This document shows positions 1 through 8,725 of a stretch of DNA of 32,000 bases, one piece after another. Source of the stretch: Promethearchaeota archaeon (GTDB lineage: Archaea > Asgardarchaeota > Lokiarchaeia > Sigyniarchaeales > SOKP01). The notes below the pieces were generated by a model. That model was not told where the DNA came from, made no database searches, and saw nothing but the letters and a program-made list of their open reading frames with translations. The stretch is from positions 150,001-182,000 of the forward strand of contig JAUWGH010000008.1 of NCBI GenBank assembly GCA_030606485.1. The letters are read 5' to 3'. Position 1 is the stretch's first letter. Each line of letters starts with the position of its first letter. The translations under genes and the position numbers were made by a program.

Positions 1-1
1 A

Positions 2-2110
2 CAAGCGCCTGGTTCAGCCTATGTAGACATTTGGATTCCTACCGCTTCGGGACATTCACGATTACCAGCAGGTTGGGGTACATATTCGATCTACTTGCCA
101 ATAAGTGGAAACGTATATGTTTCTGTCACTGATCAATATTATCAAAATCTTTATAGATATTCCTTATATCTAACGAAGATACCAGCTACATATTGGAATA
201 TGAGTACTACTTTGGATACTTCCATCAAGGTATCAAAAGATGAAATAAAAGGTGTAGATTTCACTATAGAAGAAGACTCATTTGTTAGAATAAATTCAAC
301 GAGTTACGGTAGCGGAGAAGCTGATTGGGGACGCAGGACTGGATCTCAAGCGTTGATTTTTAAAGATGCGAAAAAAATTGCTGGTTTTGAAGAAATCGCT
401 CCAATTGAAACCAAGACCGTTGATGGTAATAATTTTTATTACTATTATTTACCTAAAGGTGAATATGAGTTCATAATATGGAATACAGAACCTAAATACG
501 ATAGCGTTTTACAATTAAGTTCCAAATTTGTTAAATACAGTACTGCTAAAATCCCAATAAATCCATTAACTTATCCAAACCATAATCCATCAATATCTGC
601 AGCAATTGAATTCACTCCTGATGAATATTATACAAGCCTTAAAGAAGCATATTGGGTTGAGATTAACATTACAGAACCAGGACAATATAGATTGAATACC
701 ACAATTTGGGTATCTGATCATTCAAGTTATCTTCCTGCCACAGTGAATCCATCTGCAGTTATTGTATATAATAATAATACAGATACATATCATGATTGGA
801 CTGCAGAATGTATTGACGCTACACTTTCTTTCCCCGCATTTCCTGAGAACCAAGTTGGTGATTGCCTTTTTATTGCACATCCACAGAAATGGGCGGATAT
901 ACATTATGATTTCTCGCAATTTGGGAGTTCTAGGCAGGTTTCTCTATACATATGGGATGGGGATTGGAATAATCCTCTATCTTATACTGATAATACAGTA
1001 GTTGGATGGTCGGCTTTCAGGCAAGATGGTAGTCAAGATATCAATATAAAAGATAATAATTTTACAGAGTGGATAAAGGGATGTGATTTTGATGTTCTAG
1101 ATATTGATGAGGATTTATATTATTGGATGGCAATAAACTGTTCTGATAATATTGGAACTGGATTGCCGTATATTCAACACTTAACCCTGTCAAATATTAC
1201 AATCGATGGAGATGTTAATTTTTATCTTATAGGAGAGAGCGGTTATGAATATTGTGATTTTTGGGAACCTTCAGCGATAAACCAACCAGACAGTATAGAT
1301 AATGGAGATGATGATTTTGTTATTAACATAAATCAATCTAATAATTTTGCCACTGGTGAAACATGGATTTTAGATCAGGACAAAAATCATCACATGATCG
1401 GAATTGAGCCAGGTGCATACAAACTTTTAATAATTCCTGCATATTGGAGTCATCCTGGTCCAATAAAACTCCGTTTTGCTATAGAAAATTATATGCCTTA
1501 TGCTATGAAAAGATCTTATAATATTACAACAAATCCAACTTACCATCCATGGGAAATAATTGATGATGTACTTGATCCGGAAAAACCATGGCAAAAAGTA
1601 AATTATTCACTCTATTCATACGGAGCAACTATTAAATTTAATAATACATTAGTCGATATTGATCCATTGAGTCCAGACGGTAGTAAAGTATTTGTCGAAT
1701 GTTATGGTAATGCAATTGATTGGACTCAATTGGTTGTATGCATTAATAATGTTAGTTCCTATGATCTCTACTTAATGCAGAATCTTACATGGATAGACAA
1801 TTTTGGACCAAACGATGAAATTAAGGCTATTGCTACAGGTGTTAATGATAATAGTACATTTGAATTTGGAGTATTGACTGATACTTTTACTCTTATCTTT
1901 GTATTTGATGAACAAATGGCAAATGAAACAATTACCTTCAAACTTGGATTAAGTCAATATGATACAATTCGAATCTTAGCAGAAACGCCAATTACAACAG
2001 TTCCAGGTATTGATCCAGTTCTGCTATTAGGGATAGTAATAGTGATATCTATAATTGCAGGAGTGGCAGTTGTAATCGTTGTAATTTTAAAGAAAAAAGG
2101 CCGAATATGA
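2..2110 (+). CDS. Large cell-surface/S-layer-like glycoprotein with C-terminal membrane anchor (5'-truncated by window edge)
   Basis: Frame is open from base 2 (QAPGSAYVDIW...), so the TTG at 95 is probably internal. Beta-rich Tyr/Asn/Asp composition, recurring 'PGxYxL'-type beta-sandwich motifs (PKGEYEF, EPGQYRL, EPGAYKL) and many NxS/T sequons. Ends VPG + ~25 hydrophobic residues + KKKGRI. Confidence 0.8.
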   Translation, partial: QAPGSAYVDIWIPTASGHSRLPAGWGTYSIYLPISGNVYVSVTDQYYQNLYRYSLYLTKIPATYWNMSTTLDTSIKVSKDEIKGVDFTIEEDSFVRINSTSYGSGEADWGRRTGSQALIFKDAKKIAGFEEIAPIETKTVDGNNFYYYYLPKGEYEFIIWNTEPKYDSVLQLSSKFVKYSTAKIPINPLTYPNHNPSISAAIEFTPDEYYTSLKEAYWVEINITEPGQYRLNTTIWVSDHSSYLPATVNPSAVIVYNNNTDTYHDWTAECIDATLSFPAFPENQVGDCLFIAHPQKWADIHYDFSQFGSSRQVSLYIWDGDWNNPLSYTDNTVVGWSAFRQDGSQDINIKDNNFTEWIKGCDFDVLDIDEDLYYWMAINCSDNIGTGLPYIQHLTLSNITIDGDVNFYLIGESGYEYCDFWEPSAINQPDSIDNGDDDFVININQSNNFATGETWILDQDKNHHMIGIEPGAYKLLIIPAYWSHPGPIKLRFAIENYMPYAMKRSYNITTNPTYHPWEIIDDVLDPEKPWQKVNYSLYSYGATIKFNNTLVDIDPLSPDGSKVFVECYGNAIDWTQLVVCINNVSSYDLYLMQNLTWIDNFGPNDEIKAIATGVNDNSTFEFGVLTDTFTLIFVFDEQMANETITFKLGLSQYDTIRILAETPITTVPGIDPVLLLGIVIVISIIAGVAVVIVVILKKKGRI

Positions 2111-2146
2111 CTAAATTCAAAAAGATGAAATATTAAATTATAATTC

Positions 2147-2157
2147 TTTTTTTTTTT
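2147..2157 (+). terminator. Oligo-T tract, likely archaeal intrinsic terminator of the + strand surface protein gene
   Basis: T11 run 37 nt after the stop codon, in a convergent intergenic region. Confidence 0.45.
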
Positions 2158-2264
2158 CCAAATTTTAATTAAAATAAAAGCTCTTTTTTTTCCCTTGAGT
2201 TGAAATATAGATCTTGGAGGGCATTTTATGTATAAATAGTATATTCTGATAAAATATTACAAGC

Positions 2265-2276
2265 AAAAAAAAAAAA
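2265..2276 (-). terminator. Oligo-T tract (A12 on +), likely terminator of the - strand surface protein gene
   Basis: A12 run about 35 nt downstream of the - strand stop at 2310. Confidence 0.45.
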
Positions 2277-2309
2277 TTGAATTAAAATTTTGATGGTTTT
2301 CAGTAGATT

Positions 2310-4478
2310 TTACTTTGATTCTCTCTTTTTATAGAATTTTAAGGCTACAACGGCAATTGCAACAAACGAGAAGCTTAGGATTATGAATATTGGATAACCA
2401 GGAATTATAGGAGCCTCGACGGGGACCTCATAAGTTACTGTTGCTTTAAAGGTACCTATATTATGATATCCATCATCAGTATGTGAATCTAATACAATGT
2501 AATATTCAGATACTTTACAAGTATATACTACCCCGTAATTACCTCCGGAAAAGGCTGTGATACCGAAACATTTTCCATCTATTGATCTAACATTTGAATC
2601 ATATGTCCAAGGAGAATGGACATTTGCTTTGCCGCTAATTGCTTCAATATTAATGTAACAACAACAATCCAATGTCCCGTTTAATAAAGTTAGATCTTCA
2701 CCTCTATTGCGATCGTATTCTGTACCAATTGATATTGGTTCATTCCAATCATAAGACATAGTAAATGAAGTTGAATTTTGAGTTGGATATCCTGAACCTG
2801 GGAAACTATCATCAGCTAAGAGGACCCATGTTTCTTCAAAAATTGCCCATTCGGTAATATATTTATCAAGGTTAGAAGTTTCATAAGTTGAATTTTTAAA
2901 TGTCTTACTTTTCGAAAGCCATAGGGAATATTCTGGGATTATGCCCCCACCTGTGGGAGTTTCAAGTGTCAAGGTTGTCGTTGCATTATCGCCCATTGAG
3001 TCCATTAAAAATCCAACTACAGTATTAGTTGTGTTTACTGGGAGTTTATAAATCCCCTCATCATCACTATCCGAAATTGAACTAAAACTATATGTTTTTG
3101 TTGTAGGTAGATCTACAGGTTGCTTTGAAGATTCTTTAAAACTGAAAGTTAATGATGTATCCGTAAAAGGGACTGATGTGTTGTGTATCTGCACATATAT
3201 AATCAAATCAATTGCATCATTTGATATATTAAATTCACAACTTTTACTAATATGTTCATTAATGCCGTAATATCGTTCAAGAGAATCTCCTATATCTTCG
3301 TCATACCCACCAAGCATCAGTGTTTCCATATTAGGCATTACTTCTCCGTTTAATTTACACTCTCTAGGATCTTTTGGTGGAATAAAAATCATTGCTCCAG
3401 ATTCCGTTTTATTTTCTCCTCTCTTATTATGTAAGTAATAAGGCCCCGTTATGAAGGGAAAAAAAAGTTCAACATCGAAACCATTAGGACAAGAAACAGA
3501 CCAGTCATATAAGACACGAGATTCAAGACCTGAAACATTTATTCCCTGAATTGCATAATTATAAGAAGACATGTTAGCACTATAAAAATTTACATTAATT
3601 GAATCAACTATAGGTGGCGAAACAGCTGGTAATAATACTTCTTTAATATTGAGATCGAAGGAGCAACCTTCGTATAAATAATATGGTTGTGCATAAAGAT
3701 AGTATATACCTTGACATAAGTAAAATTGCCAAATGTCAGCCTCATCGGTTAAGTTAGAATCATCCAGATAGCCTCTACGTCTTTCGAGATTCATTCCTCT
3801 AAAATCGGGCTCATAAATGAAAATTTGTGTATCATTTACTGTAGAATTTAAAACAAATTGATATAATCCAGTAGAGGTAATATTTAATTTTTTATACTTG
3901 AAATCTTCAGAAGTTGCTAATGATGTACTCCAAGTTATTGCACTTGTTTCATCTACATTTGTTGAAGTTACTTCTGATACTGTAATACTACCTCCTAAAT
4001 CCTCCCAAGCGATAGAGCCATTTCTATCGGAAGGTGTACTATAACAGTTGATCATTAAGTTATAATCACGAATAGCAAAATAAAAAAAATCTTCTGAAGT
4101 TGCATTCCAATCTGTAAAAAACCAAACACCCATATCAAAGTAATCTAAACTCTCTCCTTTCATTCTCGGTATGCCAATTCCACACCCATCACATTCAACA
4201 AGATAATCCGGCCAATACAAGTTCGCTATGATGTTACAGCCTTTCTTATTTGTTAGTGTTATTTTATATAAATTATCTTTCGTAAAATTAATTGCATATG
4301 AAGCGATATGAGTATCATTTGTATAAGAGAAAGATTGTGGTGTCCCTAAAGTTAAGGTAGTCGGTGTAGCAGCGCTTGAGGGAGTTACTAGAAAAAATAT
4401 GCTAAAACCCGTAATCATAGAAGTGCATAGTATAGACATAATTGTTAAAATTTTAAGATTTCTTCTCATTATATTCAC
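2310..4478 (-). CDS. Secreted cell-surface glycoprotein with Loki-CTERM-like (IPGY) sorting signal
   Basis: N-terminal signal peptide (MRRNLKILTIMSILC...SSA; start may be the ATG near 4469), many NxS/T sequons, several Cys, C-terminal IPGYP + TM helix + KKRESK. Confidence 0.85.
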   Translation of the reverse strand: MNIMRRNLKILTIMSILCTSMITGFSIFFLVTPSSAATPTTLTLGTPQSFSYTNDTHIASYAINFTKDNLYKITLTNKKGCNIIANLYWPDYLVECDGCGIGIPRMKGESLDYFDMGVWFFTDWNATSEDFFYFAIRDYNLMINCYSTPSDRNGSIAWEDLGGSITVSEVTSTNVDETSAITWSTSLATSEDFKYKKLNITSTGLYQFVLNSTVNDTQIFIYEPDFRGMNLERRRGYLDDSNLTDEADIWQFYLCQGIYYLYAQPYYLYEGCSFDLNIKEVLLPAVSPPIVDSINVNFYSANMSSYNYAIQGINVSGLESRVLYDWSVSCPNGFDVELFFPFITGPYYLHNKRGENKTESGAMIFIPPKDPRECKLNGEVMPNMETLMLGGYDEDIGDSLERYYGINEHISKSCEFNISNDAIDLIIYVQIHNTSVPFTDTSLTFSFKESSKQPVDLPTTKTYSFSSISDSDDEGIYKLPVNTTNTVVGFLMDSMGDNATTTLTLETPTGGGIIPEYSLWLSKSKTFKNSTYETSNLDKYITEWAIFEETWVLLADDSFPGSGYPTQNSTSFTMSYDWNEPISIGTEYDRNRGEDLTLLNGTLDCCCYINIEAISGKANVHSPWTYDSNVRSIDGKCFGITAFSGGNYGVVYTCKVSEYYIVLDSHTDDGYHNIGTFKATVTYEVPVEAPIIPGYPIFIILSFSFVAIAVVALKFYKKRESK

Positions 4479-4603
4479 TTTTTAATTAAATTTTACATTA
4501 AGGATTTCAAAAAAATAAATGTGTTAAGTATATTTTATGCATTTTGTGTTTTTAAAAATTATTATTTAATCATAATTGTTAATTTTTAAAATAAAAAATT
4601 CAG

Positions 4604-5350
4604 TTATCTTGGTAAATAAAACTTGCATAGACCACACTGATATACCATCATTCTACGTTGAGGGCCTAATATCACAAAAGAGCGTTTCATTTCACCCCCA
4701 CACTTAGGGCAACGTCTTTCGAAAGATTCCTTTAAACGAATTAATGTCTGAGAAATTGATTCTTCTAATAAATCTGTCTTAGTTGTATCGATCTGTTTGG
4801 CCGCTATTGTATCCAAATCGATTTCAGGTGACCATTCTAAATCAAATATATCATCAAATTCTGAGACATACTCGAATTCTGGAATCTCTTCAAATTCGAT
4901 AACATCTTGTTCTTTCTTTTTACTTAAATCTGGCGAAATAATTGTCGGTTCTATAAAAATTTGCTTTATTTTTCTAAGACCCTTAGAAATTTTGGGTTTG
5001 AATTCAGAAGGTTTTTTTTTTAAAGTTATGATTTTTTGTCGTTTTTTCCATTGGAGATAGATTTTTGTAACTTTATTTCTCCAAATTGCATGACGCCCCG
5101 TTGAATCTTCAAAAACTTTCATTAATTTTGCTTCTTCCAATTCACTAAGCTGTTCGGGTGAAGCTTTCTTTAATTTTTGAGTTTTAGTAAGAGATATTTC
5201 CGGGAAAGAAGGTTTTTCTTTTGAAATTAACAAATTTTGTCTTTTTTTCCATCGGAGGTATATTTTGGTTATTTGTCCTCTCCATATGGCATTTTTACCA
5301 GTAGTCTCTTCAAAATATTTCATAAGTTCAGCTTCGTTTAATCGACTCAA
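4604..5350 (-). CDS. Hypothetical protein with two ~45-aa internal repeats (FEExTGxxAIWRxxxTKxYLxWKKRQ) and a C-terminal CxxC...CxxC zinc ribbon
   Basis: Repeats are 67 aa apart; acidic linker; CPKC-x17-CGLC at the C-terminus. The true start may lie upstream (frame open to 5437). Confidence 0.8.
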   Translation of the reverse strand: MSRLNEAELMKYFEETTGKNAIWRGQITKIYLRWKKRQNLLISKEKPSFPEISLTKTQKLKKASPEQLSELEEAKLMKVFEDSTGRHAIWRNKVTKIYLQWKKRQKIITLKKKPSEFKPKISKGLRKIKQIFIEPTIISPDLSKKKEQDVIEFEEIPEFEYVSEFDDIFDLEWSPEIDLDTIAAKQIDTTKTDLLEESISQTLIRLKESFERRCPKCGGEMKRSFVILGPQRRMMVYQCGLCKFYLPR

Positions 5351-5602
5351 TTTTTCTGGTGGAATTATCTTTCCGTTTATTTCTTTAGGAATAGTTTCCT
5401 TTCTTGAATTTAATTTGTTTTTTTGAGTTGGAATTTTTTATCCCGCCAGATTTATAATGATTCTATCTCAATAAAATACTATCGAAAATATATACCTACT
5501 TTATTTTTAAAAAAATGGGATATATACATAATATAATCTACTAGGATTGGAATAAAAAAAATTTCCAATTAATTTAAAAAAAATAAAAATAAGATGGATT
5601 AT

Positions 5603-6322
5603 TTAAAGCTGACGACCTACTCCATAATAAACGAGGTAAGCACCTAAAACAATTATTATTCCACTTAAACCAAAAACAAGTCTAAAAGTTTCATTATCTA
5701 AAAGATTGTTTATACATGTCCCGATACCAATATACCAAAAGATACACAAACCTAATGTGAAAAATCTCCATTTCTTTTGTAAGCTTTTGTCTTCAAATTT
5801 AAAATAGACTACTACACATAACCGATATGATATTCCAATAGTTATTCCAATTATTGTTAGTGTATAAATTACAAAAACAATACCCCAAACAGGAGCTAAT
5901 TGAGTTCCATCAGGCTGAATTTCCACTTTTGCACCAAAAGGTTCGGGAATAAAAAATAGAACTGATAATAATACAGCGTAAATTAGTACGATAAGGATTT
6001 GTTTTCGAGTATTAATAATTTTCTCAGATTTATTTACAATCATTATAAAAATAAGTAAAAAAGCCATAGATAAAACAACAAAGTAGATTGTAAATATATT
6101 CAGAATAGTAGCTAACCATTGAAGATTTGGATCATCAATCGGTGCATAAATAAAGTTAACAATTAAACTCGCTGCTACAATTAAAAAAAATAATGAGAAT
6201 ATCTGATTTAATCGTTTTTTAGGATTTCTTTTAATTATTTTGTACCCAATAAAAAAAAAGAAAAGACAAACTGCTCCTTGGATAATATATACTTGCAGAA
6301 TCCGGGTAAAGGACATTACCAT
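5603..6322 (-). CDS. Stand-alone seven-transmembrane protein (HisKA_7TM-like sensor domain, no kinase domain)
   Basis: Seven hydrophobic segments countable by eye; basic loop after TM1 (KRNPKKRLNQIFSLFF) typical of HisKA_7TM-like domains. Confidence 0.7.
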   Translation of the reverse strand: MVMSFTRILQVYIIQGAVCLFFFFIGYKIIKRNPKKRLNQIFSLFFLIVAASLIVNFIYAPIDDPNLQWLATILNIFTIYFVVLSMAFLLIFIMIVNKSEKIINTRKQILIVLIYAVLLSVLFFIPEPFGAKVEIQPDGTQLAPVWGIVFVIYTLTIIGITIGISYRLCVVVYFKFEDKSLQKKWRFFTLGLCIFWYIGIGTCINNLLDNETFRLVFGLSGIIIVLGAYLVYYGVGRQL

Positions 6323-6562
6323 AATATTTCACTCAAATAAAATCTATTTTTCATTTATTATATAATATTTTGAAACTAGATTATATATAAGCTTATTTAT
6401 GATAGGATTAAAAATAATATTATTTCGCTTCTTATATTATTCTAAATTATTCCCTATTAGAAATTTTAAAATTAAAATAATAAGGGTTAATGGAAAAAAA
6501 AATAAAATTGAATAACTAAAAACTTATTTCATAAAGAAAAATCCATTAATTTTTAAAAAATT

Positions 6563-7543
6563 TTAATATTCTTCTCTCCATTCTGTTTTACAGAAGCCAC
6601 ATCTAAATTTACGTCCATAAATCCTTGGATAAGCTAATAAAACTTTATCTCTATTTTCAGATTCATGGATCATGGCTTTATTTGCATTATCGCAGATAGG
6701 GCATTTTCTCCTACCTTTTGGTTTTTTGATTATTAAAATTACCTCATGTTTTTTGATAATTTTGTTAATAATCTTTTCTTCTTTTATTTGTTCTGTGAGG
6801 TCGATTATTTCTTCTCTAATTTTCAGATCATTTTTGACATCTTCTTGCATTTGACTATAGGCTTTTTCCAAATTTAATACTCTGGAAGTTCCAGATCCTT
6901 GAGTCTGGGTTAAGATTGTTTCAATGGGTTTTTCTTCTAATTCTTCAAAATCTACCAAATTTTCGTAAGTTTTTACTTTTTCAAATAAATCAGGACTTGT
7001 AAGTTGTATTTTAAAAACATAATCTTTAATGATTTTTTTAAAAATCTCATTTAAATCATCATAGTTTTTCAAATCTGCTTCAAAACAATATAAAATGTTT
7101 AAATCTAACGATTTTTTGATAATTTGTTCTCTATCGATTTGTACTCCTGTTGAATTTCCATAATTTATCCCGATCATTATAATTGATTCAGAAAATTCAA
7201 ATACATTTATAATTTTATTAAAATCTTCCTTTTTCAGAAATTTAAATGAATCAATATCATGAATATCAAAAATCAAAAGTAGAGAATTGATTTTTTGAAT
7301 GATATCATACATTTCCAACATGTTTGAAAATGTATTGATTATCCAAATCTTAATTATTAGAGGAATATTATTATATCTTAAGGATTTTTCATATTCAAGA
7401 AAATTTTTTGTATCTCCATAATCCAACTCTCCTTCAGTTAATTTAAAACCATACGTGTGAAGAAACTGTATAGATTTTTCATAATTTGAACCAATGAGTA
7501 AAACTTTTATTATTGAGGGGCTCTTCTTCAAATATTGACTCAA
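6563..7543 (-). CDS. Degenerate Rab/Ras-like small GTPase domain + coiled linker + C-terminal zinc ribbon
   Basis: Secondary-structure order matches small GTPases: IKVLLIG (G1 strand), LIIKIW (G3 strand), SLLLIFDIHDIDSFK, IIMIGIN (G4 strand), YCFEAD...LNEIFKKII (G5/helix 5). C-terminus has CPIC-x31-CGFC. Confidence 0.7.
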   Translation of the reverse strand: MSQYLKKSPSIIKVLLIGSNYEKSIQFLHTYGFKLTEGELDYGDTKNFLEYEKSLRYNNIPLIIKIWIINTFSNMLEMYDIIQKINSLLLIFDIHDIDSFKFLKKEDFNKIINVFEFSESIIMIGINYGNSTGVQIDREQIIKKSLDLNILYCFEADLKNYDDLNEIFKKIIKDYVFKIQLTSPDLFEKVKTYENLVDFEELEEKPIETILTQTQGSGTSRVLNLEKAYSQMQEDVKNDLKIREEIIDLTEQIKEEKIINKIIKKHEVILIIKKPKGRRKCPICDNANKAMIHESENRDKVLLAYPRIYGRKFRCGFCKTEWREEY

Positions 7544-7700
7544 CCAAAACTTAAAGTAATCTACTTAACATTATTTTTAGTAAATAATTACTTTAAATAT
7601 TTTCTCAAAAAAAGAATAATTTATAATCACTAATCTTAATATTTTTTAGTTAATCTTCATTTAATTTTAATATAAATAACAGTTAAGAGCATTAAATTAA

Positions 7701-8618
7701 ATGGAAATACTTCCTCCTGAAGTTATAGTTATACGTCCGCCAGTAGAAGCTTATTCTTTATTAATTGCTGTAACTGGTGGCTGTTCTTGGAATTCCCAGA
7801 CTGGTGGTTGTAAGTTCTGTGGGACGTATAAGGGAATTTATGGAGGAATACAGCCGTATGCTATAAGACCTTTGGAAGATGTTCTGCGAGATATTGATAA
7901 ATATGGTAAATTGCATTATGATGGATTTCCAGTCTTTTTAGCTGGAGGTAATCCAAGTTCACTTCCCACTGAACACCTTGCTACAATTGTAAGATATGTA
8001 AGAGAAAGAATCAAAAATGTTCCTAGAGTGAGTTGCTACGCAAGAGCTTTAGATATTTTAAGAAAATCCGATGAAGAATTAAAAAAGTTAGCTGAAGCTG
8101 GGCTTGATATTGTTTATTGTGGATTAGAGAGTGGATCTGATACAATATTACGGATGATGAGAAAGGGTATAAATTCTAAAGGATATATAAAAGCAGGGAA
8201 AAAAGTAATGAAATCGGGAATAAAATTATCTCTATATGTAATTTTAGGTTTAGGTGGCTATAAATATACTGAAGAACATGCAATAGAAACAGCGAGAGTT
8301 CTTACCGAAATAAATCCAACAATATTTAGATTTCGAACCCTAAATATTTTACCAAATACGGAGTTATATAAAGAGGTGCAAGAAGGAAAATTTAAAATAT
8401 TGAAACCTGTTGATGCATTAAAGGAAGAGTATAAAGTTATTGATAATTTAGGACCAAACGTTACATCAGCATTTAGAAATGATCATATATCTAATTATTG
8501 TGACGTAGAATCAGAAAACATTAGAGAAGATCGCGCAGTTGTTTTAAAGATATTAGATTCATTTATCAATGACCCGAGAATTATCAATATGGAACCTAGA
8601 AATCTAATTTATATGTAA
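7701..8618 (+). CDS. Radical SAM superfamily protein (stand-alone core, IRPPxEA-type family)
   Basis: IRPPVEAYSLLIAVTGGC...CKFC cluster motif, FLAGGN, GLESG, VILGLGG, and a TEL motif in the PxTxL position. Confidence 0.85.
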   Translation: MEILPPEVIVIRPPVEAYSLLIAVTGGCSWNSQTGGCKFCGTYKGIYGGIQPYAIRPLEDVLRDIDKYGKLHYDGFPVFLAGGNPSSLPTEHLATIVRYVRERIKNVPRVSCYARALDILRKSDEELKKLAEAGLDIVYCGLESGSDTILRMMRKGINSKGYIKAGKKVMKSGIKLSLYVILGLGGYKYTEEHAIETARVLTEINPTIFRFRTLNILPNTELYKEVQEGKFKILKPVDALKEEYKVIDNLGPNVTSAFRNDHISNYCDVESENIREDRAVVLKILDSFINDPRIINMEPRNLIYM

Positions 8619-8725
8619 TTTCTCCTTTTATAGAAAAATTTTTACAGCATAAACAGTTATATTTTTAACAGTTTATTTATTTTTAATAATTTATTTAAGA
8701 AAAGAAATTTAATAGGTTTTTTCGA

